Shown here piece after piece: positions 45,755 to 58,657 of a stretch of 64,000 bases of DNA (the stretch's first letter is position 1; every line of letters starts with the position of its first letter). The notes under the pieces were generated by a model that was not told the DNA's origin, did not search any database, and saw nothing but the letters and a program-made list of their open reading frames with translations. The position numbers were made by a program, and so were the translations under genes. The stretch is from an uncultured Gammaproteobacteria bacterium. GTDB taxonomy: Bacteria > Pseudomonadota > Gammaproteobacteria > Steroidobacterales > JABDLF01. The DNA is taken from positions 9,545-73,544 of the forward strand of contig CAVWXZ010000014.1 of assembly GCA_963759075.1 (NCBI GenBank), in the 5' to 3' direction.

Positions 45755-46567
45755 CTATTTGGCGGCCTGTGACAGGCCCAGCACATCGTTCATGTCGTAC
45801 AGGCCGGGTGATTTCCCGCAAACCCATTCGGCGGCTCGCAGCGCACCTCTGGCAAAGCAGTCCCGGTCCTGCGCCACATGGCGAAGCTCCAGCCGCTCAC
45901 CGTCGCCAGCCAGCAGCAGACTGTGCTCCCCCACGACCTCCCCCGCGCGCACCGCGCTGACACCGATGCTGCCCCTCACACGCGGGCCATCACCCGGCGC
46001 TCGGCCAAATCGGACGACGTCCTGCAAAGACTGATCGCGCGCGTTGGCCACGACCTCAGCCAGCCTCAGGGCCGTGCCCGAAGGCGCGTCTTTCTTGTGT
46101 CGATGGTGGATTTCGAAGATCTCGGCGTCGTAATCCGGCAAGACCTGCGCGGCGAGGCTCGCCAGTCGGTAGAGCAGGTTTACGCCCACGCTCATATTTG
46201 GCGCAAGAACCACCGGTGTTGCCCAGCTGTGCGCGTGCAGCCATGCCAGCTGTTGTTCATCGTGCCCGGTGCTGCCGACAACCAGGGCGCAGCCTGCGGC
46301 TTCGCAGATTTCAGCGTTATGCAGGGTCGCGTCGGGCAGCGTGAAATCGATAGCAACGTCGGCGCCCGCTACCGCCCTCGCCGGGTCTGCTTCGACGAAG
46401 ATGCCAAGCGGTTGCAGGCCTGCAAGCGTGCCAGCGTCTTGCCCGGGGACTTCGCTACCGGGGCGGCCCAGCGCCCCGTGGAGATCAAGGCGGTCATTGT
46501 TCAAGAGCGCACGAATAACCGACCGGCCCATGCGCCCCCCAGCGCCAAGAATGCTTACCTTGATCAT
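45755..46567 (-). CDS. dapB: 4-hydroxy-tetrahydrodipicolinate reductase
   Basis: Intact 270 aa, [18 protein letters not shown]...[15 protein letters not shown]. Confidence 0.9.
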   Translation of the reverse strand: MIKVSILGAGGRMGRSVIRALLNNDRLDLHGALGRPGSEVPGQDAGTLAGLQPLGIFVEADPARAVAGADVAIDFTLPDATLHNAEICEAAGCALVVGSTGHDEQQLAWLHAHSWATPVVLAPNMSVGVNLLYRLASLAAQVLPDYDAEIFEIHHRHKKDAPSGTALRLAEVVANARDQSLQDVVRFGRAPGDGPRVRGSIGVSAVRAGEVVGEHSLLLAGDGERLELRHVAQDRDCFARGALRAAEWVCGKSPGLYDMNDVLGLSQAAK

Positions 46568-46640
46568 GATCGGGTCCTTAATTAAGCCCTGACCGGCAGT
46601 TTAACCCGGATGCGGCACTCGCCAGCGTGGTAAAGGGAGA

Positions 46641-47764
46641 TCAGAGTTTCTCAAAAAACTCCTTGACCGAATCGAGCCACGAGCCGGAGCGCGGATTGTG
46701 TCGGGCGCCGCCGCCGGAAAGCTCTGCATCGAGTTCGCGGATCAGGTCTTTCTGGCGTTCAGTGAGCTTGACCGGCGTCTCAACATGGACACGGCAAATC
46801 AGGTCGCCGGTCTGGCCACCACGCACAGGACTAACGCCCTTGCCGCGGATTCTGAACAGCTTGCCAGACTGGGTACCCGCAGGAATCTTGAGAGATACCT
46901 GACCGTTGAGCGTCGGCACCTCAACAGCGTCGCCGAGGGCAGCGGCAGCGTAGCTGACCGGCACCTCACAGGAGAGATGGCGCCCATCACGCACGAATAT
47001 CGGATGCGGCCGGATGCGGACCTCGACGTACAGATCGCCCGGCGGGCCGCCGTTCTGACCCGGCCTCACCCTCACCGCCGAGTCGAATCCGATCACCGGT
47101 ATCTACGCCCGGCGGAATCTTGACCGACAGGCTGCGCGTTTCCTGCACCCGGCCGTCGCCCCGGCAGGCCTTACAGGGGTCCTCGATCACCGTGCCGTCG
47201 CCGCGGCATTTCGGGCAGGTCTGCTGCACCGAGAAAAAGCCCTGCTGCATGCGCACCTGGCCGTGCCCGCCGCAGGTCGTGCAGGTCACCGGTGAGGAAC
47301 CCGGTTTCGCGCCGGAACCATCGCAGGTGTCGCAGGCCACCAGTTTGGGCACCGAGATGGTGACCGAATCGCCGAATACCGCCTTTTCCAGGTCCATTTC
47401 CAGTTCATAGCGCAGATCCGCGCCGCGGAAATACCTGGCCGCGTCCGCCGCGGCGAGCGCCCCCGAAGATGTCACCGAACACATCACCGAAAATGTCGGC
47501 GAAGCCACCGGCCTCGAACCCGCCCCCCGCCATGCCCGGGTCGACGCCGGCATGCCCGAACTGGTCGTAGGCGGCACGCTTCTGCGTATCGTTCAGCACC
47601 TCGTAGGCTTCTTTGGCTTCTTTGAACTGCGCTTCAGCGTCCGCGTCATCAGGGTTGCGATCCGGATGGAACTTCATTGCCAGCCGGCGATAGGCTTTCT
47701 TCAGTTCCGCCTGGGTTGCATTGCGCGCACAGCCCAACACTTCGTAGTAGTCACGTTTCGCCAT
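46641..47764 (-). CDS. dnaJ: chaperone DnaJ (2 frame breaks)
   Basis: J-domain [38 protein letters not shown], a G/F region, Cys-rich CxxCxGxG repeats ([32 protein letters not shown]), and the C-terminal domains in 46641..47096. Confidence 0.9.
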
Positions 47765-47882
47765 GCCGTCAGAATCCAGCTGCCGTTACGCAAGCACGCG
47801 GTGCGCCCGTTCCCGGAATCACACCGCGCCCATCTTATGCCAGTATGCCCGCGCCCAAAAGGCGGGTCACGGGTAAAAGCGT

Positions 47883-49822
<1,940 letters not shown>

Positions 49823-49853
49823 CTAAGGCTGCAAAAATTCTGATGTTTCTCAT

Positions 49854-49881
49854 CATGGGGCCACTGCGCCCCGTTTCAAGC
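49854..49881 (-). promoter_or_regulatory. sigma32-type heat-shock promoter upstream of dnaK (CTTGAAA-13-CCCCATGA)
   Basis: Minus-strand GCTTGAAACGGGGCGCAGTGGCCCCATGATGAG. Both elements match the sigma32 consensus CTTGAAA / CCCCATNT. It lies 53 nt upstream of the dnaK ATG. Confidence 0.6.
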
Positions 49882-49888
49882 CTGTATC

Positions 49889-50449
49889 TCAGCCGGCTTC
49901 CGACTGGGCGGCCCTGGCAACGATGACGCGCGCCGGGCGCAGAAGCCGGCCATTCAGCGTGTACCCTTTCTGTACGACCTTGAGCACTGAATGCGGCTCG
50001 GCATCCGGCGCGTCCAGCATGCTCATGGCCTCATGAAATTCCGGGTTGAACGGTTCGCCTTCCGGGTCGATTTCAACAATCCCGAATTTCTCCAGCGTAG
50101 TGGTCAGCAGCCTGAGCGTAATCTCACTACCTTCTCTGATACTTGCGACATCGGCATCGGGCGCGGCAGCAGCGTCGACGCCCATCTCCAGGCTGTCGCG
50201 CACCGTGACGACCTCCGCGGCAAACTTCTCGAGGGCATACTTGCGCGCGTTCTGCACGTCACGCTCTGCCCGCCGACGGGTATTGTCGAGTTCCGCAGAG
50301 ATTCGGAGAACCTGATCCCAGTTCTCGTTGGCACGCTGCTGGGCTGCCTCGAGGCTCTCGGTCCCGGGCTCACGCCCGGCTTCCGCGCCTTCCAGACTCG
50401 CTTCCTCGCTCGGCTCACTGCCAAGCCCGGTCTCGGGCATGTCGCTCAT
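49889..50449 (-). CDS. grpE: nucleotide exchange factor GrpE
   Basis: Intact 186 aa, ...NWDQVLRISAELDNTRRRAERDVQNARKYALEKFAAEV...VQKGYTLNGRLLRPARVIV. Confidence 0.9.
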   Translation of the reverse strand: MSDMPETGLGSEPSEEASLEGAEAGREPGTESLEAAQQRANENWDQVLRISAELDNTRRRAERDVQNARKYALEKFAAEVVTVRDSLEMGVDAAAAPDADVASIREGSEITLRLLTTTLEKFGIVEIDPEGEPFNPEFHEAMSMLDAPDAEPHSVLKVVQKGYTLNGRLLRPARVIVARAAQSEAG

Positions 50450-50558
50450 GCGGCTGTCTCCGTTGTCAATGTCGTCTTTGGAATCTGTGTACCGAACAAC
50501 GCCCCGAAGCGGGGGTCTCCCCGCTCCGGAGCGTCATCACAACCTCTTCAAAGCCAAG

Positions 50559-50585
50559 GCTGGGGGCTATTTTTGTGAATTCAAG
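50559..50585 (-). promoter_or_regulatory. weaker sigma32-like promoter upstream of grpE (CTTGAA-14-CCCCAGCC)
   Basis: Minus-strand CCTTGAATTCACAAAAATAGCCCCCAGCC, overlapping the hrcA stop. Motif match only. Confidence 0.3.
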
Positions 50586-51628
50586 GCCGAACCGAGTAAT
50601 TTTGCCGTGATATCGACGATAGGAATAATGCGCTGATAGGCCATACGGGTGGGACCGATCACCCCCAGCATGCCCACAACTTCGTCATCCACCTTATAGG
50701 GCGCGGTCACGACGCTGCAGGCATCCAGCATGTCGTAGCCCGATTCTTCGCCAATGAAGATCTGCACACCCTCGCCGGACAGGCTGTGGTCCAGCAGGTG
50801 CAGGATGTCGCGCTTCTGGGTGAAGGCTTCGAACAAGCCACGCAGCTTCTCCACATCGGACAACTCCGCGAAATCCATGAGATTCGTCTCGCCTGCAAGT
50901 ATGAAGTCTTCTTCTTGCTCGCTGCGCTCGAAAATCTGCCTGCCAAGGCTCAGCGCCGCGCTCATCATGCTGTGCATGCTGTCGCGTGCCTGCTGCAGCT
51001 CTTTCAGCAGGCGATCTCTTACCTGGTGAATGTCGCGCCCTGCAAACTGCTCGTTCAGATAATTGGCCGCCTTGCGCAATTCCGACTCGGTATAAGAGCG
51101 GTCCAGCATTAAGACCCGATTCTGGACTTCGCGATTGTTGACCACCAGGATACTCAACACCCTGTTATCCGATAACGTCAGAAACTCGATTTGCCTCAGC
51201 GAAGCGTGATTGCGCCGTGGCACTGTGACGATGCCCGCAAGGTGGGTCAGGCCCGAAAGCAGCGTCGAAGCCGACCTGACCAGCGCGCGGCCTCCCGCAT
51301 CCTCTGCGCCGTGCTCCAGCCGATGGCGCAACTTTTCGACCTCCCCTGATGACGGATTCCGGACCCTGATCAGGGAATCGACGAACAGACGATAGGCTCT
51401 CCGGGTCGGAATTCTGCCCGCCGAGGTGTGTGGGGAACTCAGGTAACCCAGTTTTTCGAGGTCTGCCATGACATTGCGCACGGACGCCGGGCTCAGCTTC
51501 AGGCCCGACTCCTCGGACAGGATCCGGGAACCAACGGGCTGCCCTTCTTCTATATAACGTTCCACCAACACCTTCAGAAGGCGCTGTTGCCGCTCATTGA
51601 GTTTTTTCGGCCCGGGCTTGCGCGCCAT
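50567..51628 (-). CDS. hrcA: heat-inducible transcription repressor HrcA
   Basis: Intact. MARKPGPKKLNERQQRLLKVLVERYIEEGQPVGSRILSEESGLKLSPASVRNVMADLEKLGYLSSPHTSAGRIPT. The ORF-track start at 51664 is a GTG inside the CIRCE element, so ATG 51628 is preferred. Confidence 0.9.
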   Translation of the reverse strand: MARKPGPKKLNERQQRLLKVLVERYIEEGQPVGSRILSEESGLKLSPASVRNVMADLEKLGYLSSPHTSAGRIPTRRAYRLFVDSLIRVRNPSSGEVEKLRHRLEHGAEDAGGRALVRSASTLLSGLTHLAGIVTVPRRNHASLRQIEFLTLSDNRVLSILVVNNREVQNRVLMLDRSYTESELRKAANYLNEQFAGRDIHQVRDRLLKELQQARDSMHSMMSAALSLGRQIFERSEQEEDFILAGETNLMDFAELSDVEKLRGLFEAFTQKRDILHLLDHSLSGEGVQIFIGEESGYDMLDACSVVTAPYKVDDEVVGMLGVIGPTRMAYQRIIPIVDITAKLLGSALNSQK

Positions 51629-51657
51629 GCTGGTCTTTGACACTCTGGATACAGGAA

Positions 51658-51684
51658 TTGGCACTCATTAACACTGAGTGCCAG
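51658..51684. promoter_or_regulatory. CIRCE operator (HrcA binding site) in the hrcA / nadK divergent region
   Basis: TTGGCACTC-ATTAACACT-GAGTGCCAG compared with the consensus TTAGCACTC-N9-GAGTGCTAA. The inverted core GGCACTC-N9-GAGTGCC is perfect. Confidence 0.7.
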
Positions 51685-51803
51685 TGGCAAACTAGCAATC
51701 TCTTTCCGGGGTGTCAAGAAGAGTCGATTTGGACTCTTCGGCAGTGCGTGCTAAAAACCGCCGGAAGCCCCCGCCCGGTTGGCAGCAGGAAGGCAGAATC
51801 GGT

Positions 51804-52720
51804 ATGGCAAAGACATTCGGCAAAATAGCACTGCTCGGCCGGGTGTCCGACTCGCGGGTCCGGGATTCCTTGCAGGGCCTTGCGCCTCACCTGGCGGATC
51901 GCGGCGCCGAGGTCCTGGCTGCCGATGACCTTGATATCGAATTTACTCTCGCGCCGGTCACCCGGGTCGATGAGCAGGCGCTTGCCAGCCATGCAGATCT
52001 CGTCATCGCGGTGGGTGGCGACGGCACCATGCTGTATGCGGCCAGACTTGTTGCCGGGCATGAAGTACCAGTTCTCGGCGTTAACCGGGGCAGACTCGGA
52101 TTTCTTGCCGACGTGACGCCGGACGAGATGTTGCACAGCATTGACGAAGTCATGACCGGCAACTACAGCACTGAGAAACGGCTGATGCTGCAGGCGGAGG
52201 TCCTGGACAATGACGTCTCCGTAATCAAGGAACGGGCGCTGAATGATGTGGTAGTGCAGAAATGGCATGCGGGGCGGATGCTTGAATTCGAAACCTACGT
52301 CGATGGCGTGTACGTGAACAGCCACTCCAGTGATGGTCTCATCGTCGCCTCGCCGACCGGATCAACCGCCTACGCCCTCAGTTGCAACGGGCCTATCGTG
52401 CAGCCCGAGCTGGATGCGCTGATCCTGGTGCCGATTTCCCCGCACACGCTTAGCGACCGCCCGATCGCGATCCCGGCTACGCGGACCGTCGAAGTCCGAC
52501 TGCTGGAACGCGAAGAGACGCTCGCGCAGCTGATCTGCGACGGGCAGGCGATTGCCGAGCTGGACATTAACAGTACGCTGCGCGTCAGCGCCGCTGACGG
52601 AACGGCTGCATCTGATCCATCCACCGGGCTACGACTACTACCGGATCCTGCGCTCCAAGCTGCAGTGGGGTCGCGGCAGTTCCGGTGGACCCGGCAAGCG
52701 CCGCGGAACGGGACTGACGG
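51804..52720 (+). CDS. nadK: NAD kinase (frame break near 52600; 3' end approximate)
   Basis: MAKTFGKIALLGR...DLVIAVGGDGTMLYAAR...VLGVNRGRLGFLAD...DGLIVASPTGSTAYALSCNGPIV. The tail LHLIHPPGYDYYRILRSKLQWG is in ORF 52552..52812. Confidence 0.9.
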
Positions 52721-52721
52721 C

Positions 52722-54410
52722 ATGCTCAGCTTCATCCAGATCCACAACTTTGCAATTATCGACCAAGTTAGAACTTGAGCTGGATCGACGGACTCACCGT
52801 ACTGACGGGTGAAACCGGCGCCGGCAAGTCGATACTCGTGGACGCCCTGGGACTGGTGCTGGGCGATCGCGCGGACGCAAGCACTCTGCGCCACGGTACT
52901 GAGCGCGGCGAGATCAATGCCTCGTTTCAGCTCGAGTGATGATTCGTCGGCCCTTAGCGTGGCTGGAAGCGCACTCGCTGGATGACGACGGCGAGTGCAT
53001 GGTCAGGCGCGTACTGACCAGCACCGGGCGCAACCGTTGTTTTATTAACAGCCGGGCGGTACCGCTTACGACTCTCAGGGAGCTTGGCGACCACCTCGCA
53101 GATATTCATGGTCAGCATGAGCATCAGTCGCTGGTCCGGCCGCTGGTCCAGAGGCATATCCTCGATCATCTCGGCGGCAACCAGCAGCGCCTGGCGGAAG
53201 TTGGCGAGCGTTTTCGCGCCTGGCTGAAGCTGCGCGAGGAAATCGACCGGCTCCGCGAGCTGCATGCCGATCGCGCGGCGCGACTCGAACTGTTGCAGTA
53301 CCAGGTCCGGGAACTGCAGGCTCTGAACATCGGGGACGATGAGCCGGCGAAGCTCGACGACGAACATCGCCGCCTTGCCGGTGCCGGTCGGCTGGCCGAG
53401 GGCGTGCAGGCCACTCTCAGTCATCTCGGCGACAGCGATGGCGACGAAGAAAACGGCACCCAGACACTGCTTGAGCGCGCCACGCGCGAACTGGCCCACC
53501 TAGCGGAGATCGATCCGGCGCTGCAGGCAGGCGCAGAAATGGTCGAGGCCGCGAGCATCCATGTCGCCGAGGCCATTGACTACGCTGCGCCGCTACCTTG
53601 CCGACCTGGACATGGACCCTGCCCGGCTCGACTGGGTGGAAGAGCGCATCGCGACCTTTCACGATCTGGCGCGCAAACATAAAGTGGATCCGGCCGAGTT
53701 CCCGGCCTTGACGAAGTCGCTGACCACGGAACTTGAAACGCTGGAGGGTGCAGATGCGCGACTCGACGCCATGCACGCTGAACTTGAGCAGCTCGAGCAG
53801 GCCTACCTGTCCGCGGCATCGAAGTTGTCGCGGGCGCGCAGCAAGGCGGCCAAAAAAATGAGCCGCGAGGTCAGCGCGCTGATGCAGGCGCTCGGCATGC
53901 CGGGCGGACGCTTTGAGGTCGTGATCAACAAGACGGACGGCGCCTATTCGGAACATGGCCGCGACCGCATCGAATTTAAGGTCACCGCCAATGCCGGACA
54001 ACCGCCCGGCGCACTCGGCAAGGTTGCGTCGGGCGGCGAACTTTCGCGTATCAGTCTCGCAGTGCAGGTCATCGCCGCCGACGTGGCGCCAACGGGTTGC
54101 CTGGTGTTCGATGAAGTCGACGCCGGCGTCGGCGGCGGCGTCGCCGAGATTGTCGGGCGACGGCTGCGAGAGCTCGGCGAAAGGCGCCAGGTACTTTGCG
54201 TCACGCACCTGCCGCAGGTCGCCAGCCAGGCGCATCACCATGTTCGGGTCAGCAAGCTGTCCGACGGAAATACCACGCGCACGGCCCTGAAAGCACTGAC
54301 GCTCCGACGAGAGTGTGGAGGAAATTGCGCGCATGCTGGGCGGCGTGGAAATCACGCGGCGAACCCGCGAGCATGCCCGCGAGATGATCCAGAGAGGGCG
54401 CGGCAGCTAG
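52722..54410 (+). CDS. recN: DNA repair protein RecN (at least 4 frame breaks)
   Basis: [16 protein letters not shown], then [28 protein letters not shown] (Walker A, unlisted frame), a coiled coil in 52936..53682, and [15 protein letters not shown]...[12 protein letters not shown] in 53561..54481. The corrected end reads [33 protein letters not shown]. Confidence 0.9.
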
Positions 54411-54414
54411 CGGC

Positions 54415-54846
54415 TCAGCGGCGCCGGTTCAGATGGGGACAATCATCCCTCAGGCAGTGCCCGTACAGTATCAGTGCGTGATCGTGGATTTCGAAACCGC
54501 GCTTGCGCGCTATGTCATCCTGGCGCGACTCAATTGTCTCGTCCATGAATTCCTCGACCCGGCCGCAATCTACGCAAACGATATGGTCATGATGGCGACC
54601 ATCGTCCAGTTCGAAAACCGAATGGCCGCCTTCGAAATTGTGGCGCCGAACCAGACCGGCGCTTTCGAACTGGGTCAGGACCCGGTAGACCGTGGCGATA
54701 CCAATATCGTCGCCGGATTCCAGCAGCGACTTGTAGACGTCTTCCGCGCTCTGGTGCCGACGTCGCCCGGACTCGAGGATCTCGAGGATCCGCAGGCGGG
54801 GAACCGTGACCTTGAGCCCCGCCTCTCTGAGTTCTTTGCTTTCCAT
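54415..54846 (-). CDS. fur: ferric uptake regulator Fur
   Basis: Intact 143 aa, LKVTVPRLRILEILES...HQSAEDVYKSL...IGIATVYRVLTQFESAGLV...HHDHIVCVDCGRVEEF. Confidence 0.9.
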   Translation of the reverse strand: MESKELREAGLKVTVPRLRILEILESGRRRHQSAEDVYKSLLESGDDIGIATVYRVLTQFESAGLVRRHNFEGGHSVFELDDGRHHDHIVCVDCGRVEEFMDETIESRQDDIARKRGFEIHDHALILYGHCLRDDCPHLNRRR

Positions 54847-54954
54847 TATTTTTGCGCGCCTACCTGCTGCCGGTTATCGAAACTTGCGGTATGATCGTCG
54901 CGCCATTATCGCCCACCGGCGCGCAGGTCTCCACCGCAACCACGAGCGAAAGCT

Positions 54955-55264
54955 ATGCGAAGAACATTCCCGAACCTGCTGCTGGTTGGCCTGCTGGCGA
55001 CCGGCGGCTGCGTTCACAAGGTCAGCATCCAGCAGGGCAATTACCTGGATGATGAGACGGTTGCGCGGGTCGAAGAGGGCATGACCCGCGAGCAGGTCAA
55101 GTATCCTGCTTGGTACGCCGATGGCGGACGACCCGTTCCGACCGACCGCTGGGACTACGTCTATTACTTCAGCAACGGCCGCACCGGGGCATGTCACGCG
55201 CAAGTTCGTCGCCATTTACTTCGACGGCAACACCGTCAAACGGATCGATTCGAAGGACGGCTAG
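54955..55264 (+). CDS. bamE: outer membrane protein assembly factor BamE (2 frame breaks)
   Basis: Lipobox LLVGLLATGGC, then VSIQQGNYLDDETVARVEEGMTREQVKY and RWDYVYYFSNGRTG. The corrected tail reads VTRKFVAIYFDGNTVKRIDSKDG-TAG. Confidence 0.8.
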
Positions 55265-55585
55265 CGGTTCTTTGGCGTCCGACCCATAGTCTTGCCCTCC
55301 GCCGCCAGCCGACGCCGCACTTCGCGCGGGTCTGCTTTCAGCGGCCGATATATCTCCACCCGGTCGCCCTCTTTCACCGGCGTGTCAGCCGGTACTTTTT
55401 TGCCGAACACGCCGAGCTTGTTGACGGCGAGGTCAATTTCGGGAAACTCGCCGCGAATGCCTGAAAGCGCACCGCCTCGCGAACCGTGGTGCCGGCCGGC
55501 ACGCGCAGCTTCAACAGCGTCTGCCGTTCTGGACGGGCGTAGACCACCTCAATGCGCAGATAGCTCGAGCGTCGTCAGCGCTCAC
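55261..55585 (-). CDS. rnfH: RnfH family protein (UPF0125, YfjF/RatB homologue; 2 frame breaks, start uncertain)
   Basis: Not in the ORF track. Manual translation gives RIEVVYARPERQTLLKLRVPAGTTVREAV ... FPEIDLAVNKLGVFGKKVPADTPVKEGDRVEIYRPLKADPREVRRRLAAEGK. A possible GTG start at 55585 overlaps the ratA end. Confidence 0.7.
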
Positions 55586-56014
55586 CGTAGACATCCCTTG
55601 CACGCTGCACGAACGCGTCGACAAGGGAGGCCAGAATTTCCTTGAAACCCGGTCCGAACAGAATGTCCACCACCGGGTTCGAAAACTCGTAGTGAATATC
55701 CAGGCTCACTTTGCAGGCGGTTTCCGACAGTGGCTCGAACGACCACACGCCCTGCAGATGATTGAACGGCCCGTCCATCAGGCCCATTTCGATTCGCCGC
55801 CCCGGCGTCAGCTTATTGAGCGTGGTGAACTCTTTGCTGACACCGCCCTTTTCCAGTTCCAGCGTTGCCTGCGACTGATTTCTTTGTGCGCTTGCTGACA
55901 CGCGCGTCGGTAGCACCAGGGCAGAAATTCGGGATAGGCCTCAAGATCATCGACAAGGCGATAAATCTCGTCGGCGCTATACGGTACCAGCGCGCTGCGT
56001 TTTACTTCACGCAT
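55575..56014 (-). CDS. ratA: SRPBCC-family ubiquinone-binding / ribosome-association protein RatA (YfjG) (one frame break near 55900)
   Basis: MREVKRSALVPYSADEIYRLVDDLEAYPEFLPWC and ATLELEKGGVSKEFTTLNKL...MDGPFNHLQGVWSFEPL...CKVSLDIHYEFSNPV. Confidence 0.8.
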
Positions 56015-57402
56015 CAGCGCTCAACCTCGCAGAGCATTCAGCAGACCCGACGCGTTCAAGCAGCACCAGCGCCACGCCGACCGGCGCGATGAAGCGGGTC
56101 AGGAACTGCCAGACCTGGTAGCGGAGGCCGGTGCCGAGATCCAGTTCCTCGGCAGAGGAATTGCGACACATCACCCAGCCTGCGAACAACGAGATCAGCA
56201 GGCCGCCCAGCGGCAGCATGATGTTGCTGGCCAGGTAATCCAGGTTGTCAAAAATCGTGCCGCGGAAGAACGTAAAGTCGGACAGCGCGTTGAACGACAG
56301 CACCGAGCCAAGACCCAGAAACCAGACCAGCCCGCCTACCAGCCAGGACGCGCCCGGGCGCGTCATCTGGTGACGTTCGACCAGCCAGGCAACTGCGGGC
56401 TCGATGAGTCCGATCGAAGACGTCCATGCACCAAAAGTCAGCAGCATAAAAAAGAAGGTCGACAGCACCACGCTCCAGGGCAGCTGCCCCAGGGCCAGCG
56501 GCAGGGAATGAAAGACCAGCCCGGGACCCTCTGCAGGATCAAGGCCATAGTTGAATACGATCGGAAAAATCACGACGCCGGCCAGCAAGGCGATAGCCGG
56601 TGTCGGCGAACACGACCACCAGCGTGGTGCTGCCAATGGAGGTGCCCTCGGGCAGGTAGGCGCCGTAGGCCATCACCGCACCCATCCCGAGGCTCAGCGA
56701 GAAGAACGCCTGCCCCATTGCGACCAGAATGGTGTTCCGCATCCAGCTTGGAGAAATCCGGCGCAAACATGAAGTCGCAGGCCCTCCGAAAACGTATCCA
56801 GCCGTGCACTGACAAAAAGCAGCACGATCAGCAGAATGACCAGCGCCGGCATCAGCACTTCGACCGCGCGCTCCAGCCCCCGCTGAACGCCCTTGGCGAC
56901 AACCAGGATCGTCATGACCATGAACAGCGCTGTGCCAGAACAACATGCGCGGCCAGCTGCCAAGGAGATCGTCAAAGGTCTCGCTGACCGTGGGCTCGTC
57001 GACGCTTTGACAAAGGTGCCGACGATGCTGCGCTCGATGTAGGCCAGCGACCATCCGGCGATGACGCTGTAGAACGACAGAATGACGAAAGCCGGCGATG
57101 ATGCCGTTCCAGCCAACGATCTGCCACCAGCCCTGGCCAGCCTCTTCTTCACCCAGCACTTTCATGGTGGTGATCGGGTTGCGGCGACCTCTGCGCCCGA
57201 GCAGAACTTCGGACATCATGATCGGCAGTCCGATGGCAACCACGCAGACCAGGTAGACCAGCACGAAGGCACCGCCACCGTTCTCGCCGGCCACGTAGGG
57301 GAACTTCCAGATATTGCCGAGACCCACGGCGGAACCCGTTACGGCCAGGATGAAGGCCGTGCGCGACGACCAGTGGCCGTGCATCGATGTTCTTTTTTCC
57401 AT
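56007..57402 (-). CDS. sodium-dependent transporter, neurotransmitter:sodium symporter (NSS/SNF) family (at least 4 frame breaks)
   Basis: MEKRTSMHGHWSSRTAFILAVTGSAVGLGNIWKFPYVAGENGGGAFVLVYL is the diagnostic NSS N-terminus. Multi-TM fragments lie in ORFs 56694..57152, 56570..56815 and 56007..56636. Confidence 0.8.
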
Positions 57403-57551
57403 ACTCCGGCACCAGCAATGGCCGTAAAAGTCGGCGATTCTGGGCCAATTCGCTCCGGCTGCCACAAGCTTTACGGCGCGTTCCGGGCCATCGCGAATTC
57501 CCGTAGAATCCGCCGTCGCACGCATCCGCGGCCTACCGTATAATGCGCCCG

Positions 57552-58039
57552 ATGGCAAAGACAGCCAGGCAGCAACGAGGGCAAGAAACGCTCCCGCACT
57601 ATCGCGCTTAACAAGAAGGCGCGATTCGACTTTTTTATCGAGGACAGCCTTCGAGGCCGGGCTGGTGCTGCAGGGCTGGGAGGTCAAGAGCATGCGCGCC
57701 GGCAAGGCGCAGATCACCGAGGCTTATGTGTTGATCAAAGACAATGAAGCCTGGCTGTTCGGCAGCCATATTCAGCCGCTGACCACCGCTTCAACGCACA
57801 TCAGCCCGGACCCGTCACGTACCCGTAAGCTGATGATGCACCGTAAGGAACTCGATCGGCTGATCGGAGCAGTTGAGCGCAAGGGCTATACCTTGCTGCC
57901 GCTGAAACTTTACTGGACACGCGGCCGCGCCAAGCTGGAAGTCGGTCTCGGAAAAGGCAAAAAGCAGCACGACAAGCGAAATGTGAAAAAAGACCGCGAC
58001 TGGGAACGGCAAAAGGCCCGCGTGCTCAAGCGCGGCTGA
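57552..58039 (+). CDS. smpB: SsrA-binding protein SmpB (2 frame breaks in the first 100 nt)
   Basis: ORF 57665..58039 contains [37 protein letters not shown]...[15 protein letters not shown]...[10 protein letters not shown]. Upstream frames give MAK, then [28 protein letters not shown]. Confidence 0.9.
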
Positions 58040-58120
58040 GCCTCAGCACCTTGAAATTTTGCGGTTAACGGGACCCATTTCACTGTTTGCAACGCGCTGA
58101 TTGAGTAACATGCGTTTCCT

Positions 58121-58484
58121 GGGGGCGACCTGGCTTCGACGGGAGTCGCGAACCTTCAGGTGCATGCCGAGGTGCAGGTTCACCTCGTAAATCCATCTGC
58201 AAAACTCATAGTTGCCAACGACGACAACTACGCACTAGCTGCTTAAAAACCAGCTTTAGTGCCCTCTGACTGAGTCTGTGCTTGTGCACTCAGACCCAGG
58301 GGTCATCACTCACAAGATCGCGAGGGCGGCATGTTCAGGGCCAAACCGCTAAACAAATACTGAACTGGTTGTGAGTTTTCCCTGTTCGTCGGGTAGCCCA
58401 CAATAAGATTAATGACGAAATAAGCATGTAGACCCTGGAGCGGAGGGCTTGCGGACGCGGGTTCGATTCCCGCCGCCTCCACCA
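58121..58484 (+). ncRNA. ssrA: tmRNA (SsrA); tag reading frame 58214-58246 encodes ANDDNYALAA
   Basis: 5' GGGGGCGACCTGGCTTCGACGGG. The acceptor stem GGGGGCG/CGCCTCC has a G3-U70 pair. 3' end is GGGTTCGATTCCCGCCGCCTCCACCA. Resume codon GCC, then ...GCACTAGCTGCTTAA. Lies directly downstream of smpB. Confidence 0.95.
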
Positions 58485-58491
58485 AATGTCT

Positions 58492-58512
58492 GGGCCGCCC
58501 GCTGGGCGGCCC
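58492..58512 (+). terminator. GC-rich hairpin after ssrA (no clear T-run)
   Basis: GGGCCGCCC-GCT-GGGCGGCCC, a perfect 9-bp stem 8 nt after the CCA. Confidence 0.45.
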
Positions 58513-58635
58513 TGCCATTTATGGGGTGGCAAGATCCCCGCGATTGTGAAGGCACCACATTGCTCGCCGTTACCACGCTAATCTCGCGTTCACCGGCAGC
58601 GCCTCGTTTTTCCACATCAAGCGAGATTGGTTCTC

Positions 58636-58657
58636 TTCCCGCCGCCTCCACCAAATG
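58636..58657 (+). repeat. direct repeat of the ssrA 3' end (copy 2, 22/22 nt)
   Basis: TTCCCGCCGCCTCCACCAAATG is identical to 58467-58488. The similarity extends upstream into the T-loop (GGTTCTC versus GGTTCGA). Confidence 0.9.

Noticed and set aside
55261-56014. ratA-rnfH as a toxin-antitoxin system
   Set aside because: This is the conserved bamE / rnfH-ratA / smpB housekeeping neighbourhood found across gammaproteobacteria. Nothing here differs from that arrangement except sequencing-type frame breaks.
57539-57554. TATAAT located 7 nt upstream of the smpB ATG with no Shine-Dalgarno, suggesting a leaderless smpB mRNA
   Set aside because: There is no convincing -35 or extended -10, and the first 100 nt of smpB contain two frame errors, so local sequence accuracy is poor. 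This cannot be supported from sequence alone.
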